Below are positions 30,395 through 40,412 of a stretch of DNA of 64,000 bases, piece by piece; position 1 is the first letter of the stretch, and each line of letters opens with the position of its first letter. The notes beneath the pieces were generated by a model that saw only the letters and a program-made list of their open reading frames with translations, made no database searches and had not been told where the DNA came from. Location of the stretch: positions 32,001 through 96,000 of the forward strand of contig CAVRUC010000013.1 in assembly GCA_963724295.1 (NCBI GenBank). Reading direction: 5' to 3'. Source of the stretch: an uncultured Chloroflexia bacterium. GTDB taxonomy: Bacteria > Chloroflexota > Chloroflexia > Thermomicrobiales > UBA6265. The position numbers and the translations under genes are program-made.

Positions 30395-31559
30395 ATGTCG
30401 AGAGGTTCGCCGCGGACCTACGACGCGATCGTCGTCGGTGTGGGCGGCATGGGATCCGCCGCCTGCTATCACCTGGCGCGCCGCGGCTTGCGCACGCTTG
30501 GGGCTGGAGCGCTTCGACATCCCCCACACCATGGGGTCATCGCATGGCATCACGCGCATCATCCGTCTTGCCTACTACGAGCACCCTTCGTACGTGCCCC
30601 TGCTGCTGCGTGCCTTCGAACTGTGGAATGATCTGGAACGGGAAAGCGAACGTCATCTGCTCGAGGTCACCGGCACTATCGACGCCAGCGCACCGGACGA
30701 GATCGTCTTCACCGGCGCGCTCGCCGCCTGCGAGCGGTTTGAACTCGAGCACGAGGTGCTCACCTCCGCCGCGCTGACGGCCCGCTATCCCGGCTATCAA
30801 TTGCCGCCGGGCCACCTGGCGCTGTTCCAACCCCAGGGCGGCTTTCTCTTGCCGGAGCGCTGCATCAGTGCCCACGTCGAGGGCGCCCTAGCCGCCGGCG
30901 CTGACATCCGGGCTCGCGAGCGAGTCATCGCCTGGGAACCGCTCGGTGACGGTGTACGCGTCACCACCGACCGGGGCGTCTACCAGGCAGGAAGTCTCGT
31001 GCTCGCGGCCGGCGCCTGGATGGCATCCCTGGTCCCCGCCCTCGCCGGTCTCGCCGAGCCCGAGCGTCAGGTGCTGGGCTGGTTCGCGCCCCTGCGGCCG
31101 GCGCTCTTCGTCCCAGAGCGGTTCCCAGTGTTCAACCTCATGGTCCCGGAGGGGCGCTACTACGGCTTCCCGCAATACGACGTGCCGGGATTCAAGATCG
31201 GTCTGTACCATCATCTGCAGGAGCGGGTCGACCCGGATAATTTCCAGCGGGAGGCGGACGCCGACGACGAAGCCCCGCTGCGGGAGGCCACCGCACGCTA
31301 CTTTCCGGCGGCGAACGGCCCGACGATGGCCCTGCGCACCTGCATGTTCACCAATACCCCGGACGAGCATTTCATCCTTGACATGTTGCCGGATTTTCCC
31401 CAGGTCGTGGTCGCCTCGCCCTGCTCTGGGCACGGCTTCAAGTTCGCCTCGGTTATCGGCGAGATCCTGGCCGATCTCGCGCAGAACGGCGAGACCCGGC
31501 ATGACATCGGTCTCTTGCGTCTGAGCCGCTTCGCGGAGAAACCCGTCACCGCGCGGTAA
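30395..31559 (+). CDS. solA: N-methyl-L-tryptophan oxidase / monomeric sarcosine oxidase; frameshift in the G-run near 30500
   Basis: YDAIVVG.GGMGSA, GSSHG.TRIIR.AY, AAGAW, CMFTNTPDEHF, CSGHGFKF. Confidence 0.88.
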
Positions 31560-31665
31560 TGTCCATCACCGCGACCGCGTCTATACTGCAAGGACTGGGG
31601 AGTTCACAGGGTTTTATCTGTCCGGAAGCGACCAGGGCCTGCGGGTTCGTCTGGTGGGAGCGTTC

Positions 31666-33435
31666 ATGGCCACGACCGGACTCGATCTGGAATCCGAGAG
31701 CAACCGACCGCATCTCGATCGGACTATCCTCGCCGCCCTCAAGACCCTGACCCGCATCGCCTGGGTGATCCCCTGGCCGATCTGGAGCGCGTTGGCGGGT
31801 GTGGGCGGCTTTGCCAGCATGCTGTCCCAGCGCCGGCACGTCGTTCTGGCCAACGTCCGCCACGCTCGCGCCGACACTCCGCCGCGCCGGGTCGTCGCCT
31901 GGTACATCGGGGCACAGCAGATCGCGACCCACCTGCGCGCCGTGATCGCCACATTACGCGCCGGGTTCCGCCTACCCAATACGACGAACCACCTCATTCT
32001 GGAGGGGATCGAGGGGGTGCGCCCCCACCTTGGGCAGCGCGGCGTGATCATCGTTGCGCCCCATGCCGGTCCCTACACGATGCTGGGGCTCATGGGCCGG
32101 CGCTGGCTGGCCGAGCAGGGGTTCACCGGCGAGCTGGCAATCGTGGCCCGCATGTTTCGCCCGTTTCGCTCTGGCGCCCTCATGCAGTGGTTCATGGACT
32201 ACTTCACGCGGGCAGGCATCACGGTGATCCCTGTCCATGAACCGCCACAAAGCATGGCCAAGCGACTGAAGAATGTGCTGGAGAACAACGGCATCGTCGT
32301 TCTCCTCGTCGACGAGCCGACTCCCACACCTTCGGCAGTGGTCCCTTTCTTCGACAGCGCCATCAAGATGCCATTGGGTCCGGTGCGCCTGGCCCGCGCT
32401 ACTGGCTCGGTCATCGTGCCGACCATCGCGTCCTACGAGCCGGGCCGCAAGATGAAGATCCGGCTGGCCGAGCCGCAGTTCCCCCAGGGATCCGTCAAAG
32501 AGGAGATGAATCGTCTCGCCGGCGCTCTGGAAACGCTGGTCAGCGAGAACCTCAACCAGTGGGCGATGCTGACGCCGATCTGGATCGACGAGAAGCCGGG
32601 TACGCCGGTTGCGCCAGAGGGTCACTCCTACGCCGACCTGCACTTGCACACGCAAGGCAGTGATGGGCTGCTTCACGCCGAGGAGTGGAGCGACGCCGCG
32701 CGCGACGGCGCAGTGCGCGTCATCGCCGTCACCGATCACGATCACATCGAGACAGTCCGCGAGTGGAAGCAGCGTGACCCGGAGAGCACCCGTCACGTCA
32801 TCCCCGGCGTGGAGCTGACGGCTCGCGGCCGTATCGTTCATCTCGGGGTGCTCTTCCCGGGCGAAGTCCCTGCCTCGCTGCCGCGTCCGGGAACACCACT
32901 GCTCGACCTCGTCCGCTGGGCGCGTGGCGTCCAGGGGAGCGTCGTCGTCCTGGTTCATCCATTGCCCGTACTCTGGCGGCGTCAGCTGCGTAGCATGGCG
33001 CGGGCGGGGCTCCTACCAGACGCGATCGAGGCACGATTTCCCTTCAGTGGCAATCGCGCCGCGTCGATCGAACGCGCCGCCTGCCAGTACGGGCTCGCCG
33101 TTCTGGGAGGCAGCGACGCGCATCTGACCCCCGGTCAGATCGGCGCAAACGCCACGCTGTTCCCGGGAGAAACGGTCGAGGACCTGCTCCGCGCCCTTCG
33201 CGACCGCCGTACGCGGGCCGTCGCGTTGCCGCGTCCGGGCCGCATCCCCGGCAGCGTCTACGCCATGCAATCACTCTATTCCTGGCTCTTGCCGGTCCGC
33301 GGATTACCAGGGGTACCCGCCATGCGGACGGTGCTCTTGCGCCGGGCGCGGGCGGCGGCGCAACGGGGCAGGCGGCGTAAGCATGTTGTTTCGGTGCAAG
33401 GGGATAGTACACCGCACGAAGTTCAGGTATCCTGA
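31666..33435 (+). CDS. Fusion of an LpxL/PatA-like lipid acyltransferase domain and a PHP phosphoesterase domain
   Basis: N-half G.I...PH.G, V.LLVD, VPFF, GP.RLA..TG, QW; C-half DLHLHT..SDG, AVTDHD, PGVELT, HP, GGSDAH. Confidence 0.8.
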   Translation: MATTGLDLESESNRPHLDRTILAALKTLTRIAWVIPWPIWSALAGVGGFASMLSQRRHVVLANVRHARADTPPRRVVAWYIGAQQIATHLRAVIATLRAGFRLPNTTNHLILEGIEGVRPHLGQRGVIIVAPHAGPYTMLGLMGRRWLAEQGFTGELAIVARMFRPFRSGALMQWFMDYFTRAGITVIPVHEPPQSMAKRLKNVLENNGIVVLLVDEPTPTPSAVVPFFDSAIKMPLGPVRLARATGSVIVPTIASYEPGRKMKIRLAEPQFPQGSVKEEMNRLAGALETLVSENLNQWAMLTPIWIDEKPGTPVAPEGHSYADLHLHTQGSDGLLHAEEWSDAARDGAVRVIAVTDHDHIETVREWKQRDPESTRHVIPGVELTARGRIVHLGVLFPGEVPASLPRPGTPLLDLVRWARGVQGSVVVLVHPLPVLWRRQLRSMARAGLLPDAIEARFPFSGNRAASIERAACQYGLAVLGGSDAHLTPGQIGANATLFPGETVEDLLRALRDRRTRAVALPRPGRIPGSVYAMQSLYSWLLPVRGLPGVPAMRTVLLRRARAAAQRGRRRKHVVSVQGDSTPHEVQVS

Positions 33436-33494
33436 TCGTCTGAGCACAGGCACCGGCAAGGAGGCCGGCCATCGAATCTGAACTGATCAGGACA

Positions 33495-34178
33495 GTGTTG
33501 TCCTATGGACTCCCCATCGTAGCGCTGACCTTGCTGTTCTCAGCCGCGGGTATTCCCACCGGTGTGCCAATTCACGTCGTCCTGATGGCGACTGGGGCCT
33601 ACCTCATCGGCTCCCTGCCAGGCCTGGCAGTGGCGATCGTGGCCCTGGCGGCCGCCGAGCTGGCGGGTACGCTCGTTCTGCATCTCATCTCGCGCACCGG
33701 TGGAGTCCGTTTGCTGGAGCGGATGGCGAGCGATCGCCAGGAACGGATGCAGACCACGTTCGACCGCTGGCGAGGGCGTCTGGGCGGGCGCGATGTCGCG
33801 GCCATTACTGTGCTGCGGCTGATCCCGTTCGTGCGCATGGGGACGACGGTCGGCACCGGGCTGCTGGGAATTCGGCTGCGCGATTTTGTCCTCGGTGCGG
33901 GAATCTCCGCCGTGATCTGGACCGCGGTCCCGCTCAGCATCGGCTATGCCTTCCGCTCCAACGTGACGACGATCGAGGGCTACTACCACAGCATCCTGAA
34001 CGCTCTTCCTGTAACACTTGGCATTGCCTCCCTCATCGTCGTGGTCGGTGTGCTCGGGAGAAGCGCGGCGACGCAAGCCCGGCTGCGTGAGATGGTGGCG
34101 CCGGTCTGGTCGCGAATCCATCCCCCCGCTGGCTCAATGCCTGAGATCAGCCAGGAGCCGCCGCCAGCTCTCAACTGA
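33495..34178 (+). CDS. DedA/VTT family membrane protein
   Basis: GIP..VP...V...G, R..G..., RLIPFVR, F......A.IW motifs. Confidence 0.82.
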   Translation: MLSYGLPIVALTLLFSAAGIPTGVPIHVVLMATGAYLIGSLPGLAVAIVALAAAELAGTLVLHLISRTGGVRLLERMASDRQERMQTTFDRWRGRLGGRDVAAITVLRLIPFVRMGTTVGTGLLGIRLRDFVLGAGISAVIWTAVPLSIGYAFRSNVTTIEGYYHSILNALPVTLGIASLIVVVGVLGRSAATQARLREMVAPVWSRIHPPAGSMPEISQEPPPALN

Positions 34179-35216
34179 CGTCGCATCTGGTGGCGGCGCC
34201 ACCCCGATGTGCGTCACACCCAGCTCATCAAGGGCGCGCAACCGCTCCCGAACCACTGGCAGCGAGCCGATGACGCCGAGATGACGGACCAAATCGTCCG
34301 GGATCAGCGCCCGCGCCGCCGCCAGATCGCCATCGCGACGCAGCGCCGGGAAGCCACCTCCGGCGGCAAGCGTCTCTCGGGTTCCCATCGTCACTCGCAC
34401 CTCATCGAGCAGCGCCGGAACATCGAAACCCTCGGTCCGTACCAACCGGTCCATACCCGGCAAGGTTGAGACGAGGGCCAGCAGGTTCTTGCCGCGGTCG
34501 ATCGCCTTGCGCTCGGCGGTCGCCGAATCAGCCACGACTGTGGTCGTGCGCAGCACGAACGCGAGCCCGGCGGGATCGCGACCCGCCGCCGTCGCCGCCG
34601 CCCGCACCCGGGGGATTGCTCGACGCAGGAAATCGCTCGAGGTCTGCGCGTTGAAGATCGCGCCGTCACAGAGCGCGCCGGCGAGGTCGAGCGCCCGCGG
34701 ACCGGCGGCCGCGAGGTAGACCGGCACCTGGCCCTGGCCCGGGTGGATGACCCGCTCCCAGCCTCGCACCCGGAAGTGTCCTTCGTCGGGCGACGAGGCC
34801 CGATGCGGCGCCCGCCACCACTGCCGTAGGAGCGCTACCGTCTCTTCGAGCACCCCGAGCGGATCGCCTATATCGCTGCCGAGCGCATCACGGTGCCATT
34901 CGGCCTGACCGCGGCCGAGTCCCAGCACCGCGCGACCACCCGAAAGCCGGTCGAGGGTGGCCACGGATGCGGCCAGCAGGTTCGGGTGACGCGGATAGGG
35001 ACTGGTGACGCTGGTGCCGAGCTCCGCCCCCTCCGTCACCGCCGCGATCGCGCTGAGAACGGCGAAGGCGTCCCAGCCTTCCGGGTCTTCGCTCGCCCAG
35101 ATGGCGTCGATGCCTGCAGCGTCGGCCGCCTGCGCGGCGAGCAGCGTCTGCCGCGGAGCCTGTCCTTCGCGGTCGCGTACCCAGGCGTGATGACTGAGGT
35201 CAAGCGTGAAGCGCAT
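34134..35216 (-). CDS. LLM-class flavin-dependent oxidoreductase
   Basis: A.AAG.D.IW..E, LGT.V....RHP..LA...ATLD.LSGGR..LGLG.G, P.YLAA.GP. Confidence 0.9.
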   Translation of the reverse strand: MRFTLDLSHHAWVRDREGQAPRQTLLAAQAADAAGIDAIWASEDPEGWDAFAVLSAIAAVTEGAELGTSVTSPYPRHPNLLAASVATLDRLSGGRAVLGLGRGQAEWHRDALGSDIGDPLGVLEETVALLRQWWRAPHRASSPDEGHFRVRGWERVIHPGQGQVPVYLAAAGPRALDLAGALCDGAIFNAQTSSDFLRRAIPRVRAAATAAGRDPAGLAFVLRTTTVVADSATAERKAIDRGKNLLALVSTLPGMDRLVRTEGFDVPALLDEVRVTMGTRETLAAGGGFPALRRDGDLAAARALIPDDLVRHLGVIGSLPVVRERLRALDELGVTHIGVAPPPDATSVESWRRLLADLRH

Positions 35217-35247
35217 GAGGTCAACGCCACGTCCCTGAGTTCCCGCC

Positions 35248-35529
35248 CTACCCCTCCGCCCGGTAGTAGAGGATCACCCCGCCGCCCCGCTCATCGCCCT
35301 GGCGCACGACGACACCGGGACGCCCATCGTGCATGGCGTAGGGGTCGCCGCGATCCAGCGTGGCGGCGACCTCCTCGGAGACGATCGTGGCAAAGAGATC
35401 GTGCCGCGGGCATTCCCAGACGCCGGGGTGGTCAGCTAGCGGTCTCATACGGTGTCGATCGCGGGGATGATTGCGGCCGATCTCGCAGAGGGGATTCGGT
35501 CCGGAGGATTGCTGCGCTTCAGTAGCCAT
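35248..35529 (-). CDS. Small hypothetical protein with possible Cys/His metal ligands
   Basis: NPLCEIGRNHPRDRH...WECPRH; GGGAG RBS; coding-like composition. Confidence 0.6.
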   Translation of the reverse strand: MATEAQQSSGPNPLCEIGRNHPRDRHRMRPLADHPGVWECPRHDLFATIVSEEVAATLDRGDPYAMHDGRPGVVVRQGDERGGGVILYYRAEG

Positions 35530-35698
35530 GGCCGATGCGGTCACTCCCACCTGGGTTCCGCCGGCGCTGAGGACCGAAGCGGCGAAACCATGAGCCCATT
35601 CCCAACCACAGCAGTATGCCGCAGACGCGACTCACGGCTCAGGCGCTGCAGAGGACGTGTACCATGCGAGGCGAGCGGACAAGGACAGAAGCGGCCAC

Positions 35699-36709
35699 AT
35701 GCGGACCTCAAATCGGATCACTGCGCGAGGAGCAGCCGGCGACCTTGCGCTGACGGACCCCGGCGCACCGAAATCGAGCGACGCAGATCCTGAGTCTGGC
35801 GTCGTGTCACGGTTCGGACCCGAGCTGGCACAACTTACCGTCGTGATGTTCTGGGCCTCGACCTTCGTCGTAGCCAAAGCGGCGTTCGCCGAGGTGAGCC
35901 CGCTCGCCTTTCTCTTCGCACGCTTCGTGATCATGGTCGCGCTCGCCTTCGCCGTTCTGCTGGTCCTGCAGCGAGGCGCGGGCCGCTGGGTCGAGCGATC
36001 CGACTGGGGCCTCTTTGTCCTGGCGGGGCTGACCGGCTACACGCTGTACCAGCTCGGGTTCATCCTCGGGCTGAGCCGCACTTCTCCCTTTTCCTCGTCC
36101 CTGCTGATCGCGATGGTGCCGCTCTTCACGGTTCTTATCCTGGCCGTCATGAGGGAGCCAACGCCACTGCAAGGCTGGGTGGGACTCGGCGTGGCGCTGG
36201 TCGGGGTCGCGTTGTTCCTCCTCGACAAGCGCGGCGCATCCGCCGGGACCTTGCTGGGAGACGTATTGAGCATTGGAGCGGCGGTTTCCTTCGCGGTCTA
36301 CGGCATCATCACGCGGCCACTGGTCCGCAAGTACCCGGCGGAGACCTACACCGCCTGGAGCGTCCTGGCCGGAACCGTGCCTCTGCTCCTCGTCTCGCTG
36401 CCGGATGCGCTGAGGCAGGACTGGCAGGCAATTTCTCTCGCGGGGTGGTTCAGCATCGTCTACCTCGCCATCTTCCCGGTCTACATCGCGTACATTCTCT
36501 GGAACTACGCCATCGCCCGGCGCGGTGTGGCCAAGGCCAGCTCGTTTGGCTTGCTGGTGCCGATCGTGGCCGGGCTGCTATCGGCGATTTTCTTCGCAGA
36601 GCCGTTTGGCCCCTTGAAGCTGCTCGGGGCCGGGCTGGTGCTGGCCGGACTCGTCATCGTGCGGACCAGGCTATGGCGGCGACCGGCCGCGAAAGGAGCG
36701 ACCGTGTGA
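35699..36709 (+). CDS. DMT/EamA family transporter
   Basis: WASTFVV.K, P.....RF, two EamA repeats, ~10 TM. Confidence 0.9.
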   Translation: MRTSNRITARGAAGDLALTDPGAPKSSDADPESGVVSRFGPELAQLTVVMFWASTFVVAKAAFAEVSPLAFLFARFVIMVALAFAVLLVLQRGAGRWVERSDWGLFVLAGLTGYTLYQLGFILGLSRTSPFSSSLLIAMVPLFTVLILAVMREPTPLQGWVGLGVALVGVALFLLDKRGASAGTLLGDVLSIGAAVSFAVYGIITRPLVRKYPAETYTAWSVLAGTVPLLLVSLPDALRQDWQAISLAGWFSIVYLAIFPVYIAYILWNYAIARRGVAKASSFGLLVPIVAGLLSAIFFAEPFGPLKLLGAGLVLAGLVIVRTRLWRRPAAKGATV

Positions 36710-37774
36710 GCGTGCCCACGACCGACTCGAAGATGTACCAGACCATGCAGCGCCAACCAGCGGATATCCGGCGCCTGCTCGCCGACGGCTGGGGGCAGGC
36801 AGAGCAGGCAGCCACCCTGCTAGTCCCGGCGCGGCGGGTCTTCGTGGTCGGCATCGGCACCAGCCTGCACGCGGCGATGATTGGCTCCTGGTTGCTGCGC
36901 GCCGCCGGGTCGGACGCGCGGGCCGTCTCCTCGTTCGACTTCGCCCTCTACCCCGACTCCTATCCCCTCACCGCCGAAGACGCGGTCGTGGTCATGGCGC
37001 ACACCGGCGTCAAGACCTACTCCGCGGTCTCCGATCCAACGGGCGCATGATGCCGGGGCGCGGGTCCTCTCCGTGGGCAGCCTCACCGCGGAGCATCCTG
37101 GCTCCGAGCTGATCCTGCGTACCGTCGAGCGGGAGCAGTCTGCCGCCTACACGGCATCGCACCTGGCGGCAATGACGGTCATGGCCCAGGTTGCGACGGT
37201 ACTGGGCGAAGGACGCAGCGCATCAGGCGTGAACGGATTCCGCGCCGCGCTCGACCTGCTACCAGACCAGATCGCCGATGTGCTGGCCCGTGAAACGGAA
37301 ATCCAGCCGGTTGCTGACGACGCTTTACAGCGGCAGATCTACGCCATCGCGGCCGGGCCGAACGAAGCGACCGCGCTCGAGCTGGTCATCAAGGCGCGGG
37401 AGGCGGCCTACGTCCCCATCGATGCTCTGCACGCCGAGCAGTACCTGCACGGCCCGATGGTGGCCTTCAACGAAGGCGACCTGCTGGTCGCGGTCGCCGT
37501 ACCCGGCAACGCGTTTGACCGCGTGGCCGGTATCTGCGCCGTCGCCGATGCCATGGGCGGTAAGCTCTGGATCGTCGGCTCGTCCGTACCGGCGGCCTCC
37601 GATGCCTCGGTCTTCGCGCTACCGGAGCTCCCGGAGATGCTTTCGCCGCTGCTGGCGGTCGTGCCGATGCAGATGCTGGCGTACACGATGGCCGTGCTGC
37701 GCGGGACCCACCCGGACACCTTCCGTCGCAACGACCCTCGTTATAAGGAGGCATTCGGGCTGCTGACCCTCTAG
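36706..37774 (+). CDS. Double-SIS-domain phosphosugar isomerase/deaminase (GlmS C-terminal, FrlB/AgaS-like); frameshift near 37030
   Basis: MY..M.RQP, G.GTS.HAA, A.EL..K..E, E..LHGP, P.Q.LAY..A..RG..PD; GTGA overlap with the EamA gene. Confidence 0.85.
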
Positions 37775-37891
37775 GAGCCTGGCTGACCACTGGCGGAGCA
37801 ACTGAACGTGTGCCACTTCGGCCGTTACGAGATACTCCCGATCTCCCGGGTCTGCAGCAAAGGTAGGCATGGAAGGCAGGTTTGACGATGA

Positions 37892-38620
37892 TTGCGGGGA
37901 ATTCCACTCATTTCAATCGAGGCCCAACCATATTCGCTGATGATCGATCCCGATCAGACCGCAATCATTGTCGTCGACATGCAAAACGACTTCGGATCCG
38001 AGGGCGGCATGTTTGCCCGGGCAGGCATCGATATCTCGCCCATCCAGGCCGCCGTGGCCCCAACCGCACGAGTTCTCGACATGGCTCGCCGCACCGGGAT
38101 GCCGGTGGTCTATCTGAAGATGGCGTTTGCCAGCGACCTCTCGAACGCGGGCGGACCGGATGCACCCAACCGCATTCTGCATCTCAGGATGAACGTCGGC
38201 GAGCCGGTCACAGCGCCTAATGGGCGCGAAAGCCGGATCCTCATTGAGGACACCTGGAACACGGATATTCTTCCGGAGCTGACGCCGCACCCGGGTGATC
38301 TCATCGTCGTCAAGCATCGTTTCAGCGGCTTCTTCGAAACGAACCTGGATGGACTTCTGCGGGACCTGGGAGTGAAAACCCTGGTGTTCACCGGGTGCAC
38401 GACGAGTGTTTGCGTGGAATCGACGTTGCGCGATGCGTTCTTCCGGGATTACCGGTGCCTCTTGTTGGCCGACTGCACCGCCGAGCCGATCGGTCACGCA
38501 CTGCAGCGCAGCAACCACGACGCGAGTCTGTTTCTAATCCAGCTCATGTTTGGCTGGGTCTCTAACTCAACGGCGTTCATCGAGGCGCTGGCAGAGCAAT
38601 CGATGGTGGCGTCAGTCTGA
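37892..38620 (+). CDS. Isochorismatase-family cysteine hydrolase (RutB-like)
   Basis: IVVDMQNDF, KHRFSGF..T.L, GCTTSVCVESTLRDA. Confidence 0.9.
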   Translation: MRGIPLISIEAQPYSLMIDPDQTAIIVVDMQNDFGSEGGMFARAGIDISPIQAAVAPTARVLDMARRTGMPVVYLKMAFASDLSNAGGPDAPNRILHLRMNVGEPVTAPNGRESRILIEDTWNTDILPELTPHPGDLIVVKHRFSGFFETNLDGLLRDLGVKTLVFTGCTTSVCVESTLRDAFFRDYRCLLLADCTAEPIGHALQRSNHDASLFLIQLMFGWVSNSTAFIEALAEQSMVASV

Positions 38621-38722
38621 GCGACTCATTCTGAGAATCACGAAGATGTCAGTGCTCAGAAAGGTCCACACGAGCACTGCCCGCTCCACACCTCGAGCGA
38701 TGAGCGGACACGGAATTGACTG

Positions 38723-39823
38723 CTACTGCATCCGGCCCCGGCAGGCCACTGGCCAGACCGCGGCGATCACGCCGTCACGGATGCCGAAGAGTGATTCGTG
38801 GAGATGGACCGCCTGGTCGGTGTAGTTGACCTCCAGCTCCAGGCGGTCGCCGATGCGCGGCCACTCCGCGGGACCGTCGAGCGTCAAGATGCCATGCTCG
38901 GCCGAGAACTTGATCGCCTGCACGCCTTCGACGCCGCGGGCGACCGGCGCCTCCTTGCTAGGGTCGATCGCGCGACGACCGGCGTCGACGACGATGCGAT
39001 CCTCGGCGGGGCGGCTGGTCACCGTCGTCAGCAGCGTCAGCGCCGGCTCGATCGGAGACTCCAGCGCGCGGTAGAAACCGTCGCCCATCACCGCGCCTCC
39101 AGCCTGGATCTCGGTGATGCCCGGCTGCCGCGCGGTATGGAGATAGGTGCCACTGCCGCCACAGGAAACGATGTCAACAGGCAAACCCACGGCGCGAACG
39201 GCGTCCGCCGCCCCGGTCAGCTTGCCGATCGCCCTCGCGATCTCCTCCCGTCGGGTCTCGCGATCGGCGATGGAGGTCGCGTGGCCCTCCCAGGCCATGA
39301 CCCCTGAGAAGCGCAAATGCGGCGAGTCGTCGACGATCCTTGCCAGCGTGACCGCCGGTTCACCGGGCGCCACACCGCAGCGCTTCATCCCGGAGTCGAC
39401 TTCGACCAGCACTCGCGGCCGCACCTCAAAGGCAGCTGCGGCGTCATCCAGTTCGCGCACGTTGGCGGGGTTATCGACGCAGACAATTACGTCGGCCCCG
39501 GTCGTGGCGATCAGCGCCGCCAGTCGCCGTGTCTTGATCGGCCCCACGACTTGATTGGCGATGAGAATGTCCATGACGCCGCTGGCCGCCATGACCTCAG
39601 CCTCGCTGACCTTGGCGACGGTAACGCCGATAGCCCCGGCGGCGATCTGGCGGTGAGTGATCGTCGGGCACTTATGCCCCTTGGCGTGCGGTCGCCACTG
39701 CACCCCATGCTGGCGCATGGTGCCGGCGATGTGCGCGATGTTGCGGTCCATCGTCTCGATGTCCACCAGCAGCGCCGGCGTATCGAGCGCGCTCACCGGC
39801 ATCCCAACGAGCGTCGTCAGCAT
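38723..39823 (-). CDS. DSD1-family PLP enzyme (D-threonine aldolase / D-serine dehydratase-like)
   Basis: LDTPAL.VD, RPHAK.HK, EAEVM, E.D.GM.RCG, GGSGT, E.Q.G, DAG, SAEHG. Confidence 0.88.
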   Translation of the reverse strand: MLTTLVGMPVSALDTPALLVDIETMDRNIAHIAGTMRQHGVQWRPHAKGHKCPTITHRQIAAGAIGVTVAKVSEAEVMAASGVMDILIANQVVGPIKTRRLAALIATTGADVIVCVDNPANVRELDDAAAAFEVRPRVLVEVDSGMKRCGVAPGEPAVTLARIVDDSPHLRFSGVMAWEGHATSIADRETRREEIARAIGKLTGAADAVRAVGLPVDIVSCGGSGTYLHTARQPGITEIQAGGAVMGDGFYRALESPIEPALTLLTTVTSRPAEDRIVVDAGRRAIDPSKEAPVARGVEGVQAIKFSAEHGILTLDGPAEWPRIGDRLELEVNYTDQAVHLHESLFGIRDGVIAAVWPVACRGRMQ

Positions 39824-39870
39824 GTGTCGTCCTCATTTCATCCGAATTCGCAGCGCCGCAATGATAGCGC

Positions 39871-39902
39871 GGTGTCAGGGTGTCGTGGTGTCGGGGTGAC
39901 GA
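39871..39902. repeat. G-rich 8-mer tandem array (left arm of the four-helix-bundle cassette)
   Basis: ggtgtcag ggtgtcgt ggtgtcgg ggtgacga. Confidence 0.85.
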
Positions 39903-39962
39903 GATTTTGGATCGATCGTTGCTACGTGATAGTGTGGCATCCGCAATGAGGAAGGGGGAGTG

Positions 39963-40370
39963 ATGACAGTCCGTACTTACCGTGACCTCAGGGTCTGGCA
40001 AATTGGAATGGATCTCGTTGTTGGCGTGTATGACCTGACGCGGGCACTGCCGAAGTCAGAGACATATGGGCTCTCTAGCCAGCTTCAACGAGCCGCCGTC
40101 TCCGTACCGGCCAACATTGCCGAGGGACATACTCGAAGTTACCTACGGGAGTACCTCCAGTTCCTCTCGATCGCACGCTCGTCTCTGGCCGAGGTCGCAA
40201 CGTATCTTGAACTTATTGAGCGTCTCTCGTACGCAACGACGGAGCGAACCCAACCTCTTCTTGATCTTACTTCGTCGCTCAATCGGCAATTGCTTGCGCT
40301 ACGTGATTCCCTTTCAACTCGGCTGCAAGAGGAACCATTGCCGTACGACCCAATTTCCCCGTCACCCTGA
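39963..40370 (+). CDS. Four helix bundle protein (TIGR02436 / '23S rRNA IVP' / Avd-like fold)
   Basis: YRDLRVWQ..M.L...Y.LT..LP..E.YGL.SQ..RAAVSVP.NIAEG..R....EY..FL.IARSSL.E..T. Confidence 0.93.
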   Translation: MTVRTYRDLRVWQIGMDLVVGVYDLTRALPKSETYGLSSQLQRAAVSVPANIAEGHTRSYLREYLQFLSIARSSLAEVATYLELIERLSYATTERTQPLLDLTSSLNRQLLALRDSLSTRLQEEPLPYDPISPSP

Positions 40371-40399
40371 CACCCTGACACCCTGCCACCCCGACACCC
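40357..40399. repeat. C-rich 8-mer tandem array (right arm, inverted relative to 39871-39902) containing the gene's stop codon
   Basis: ccccgtca ccctgaca ccctgaca ccctgcca ccccgaca ccc. Confidence 0.88.
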
Positions 40400-40412
40400 G
40401 GAGGAACATTTC

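Noticed and set aside
34134..34178. 45-nt convergent overlap of the DedA and LLM genes as antisense regulation
   Set aside because: Short 3' overlaps are common in GC-rich genomes and there is no further evidence.
39963..40370. Diversity-generating retroelement or 23S rRNA intervening sequence
   Set aside because: No reverse transcriptase, TR/VR pair or rRNA sequence is visible in the window.
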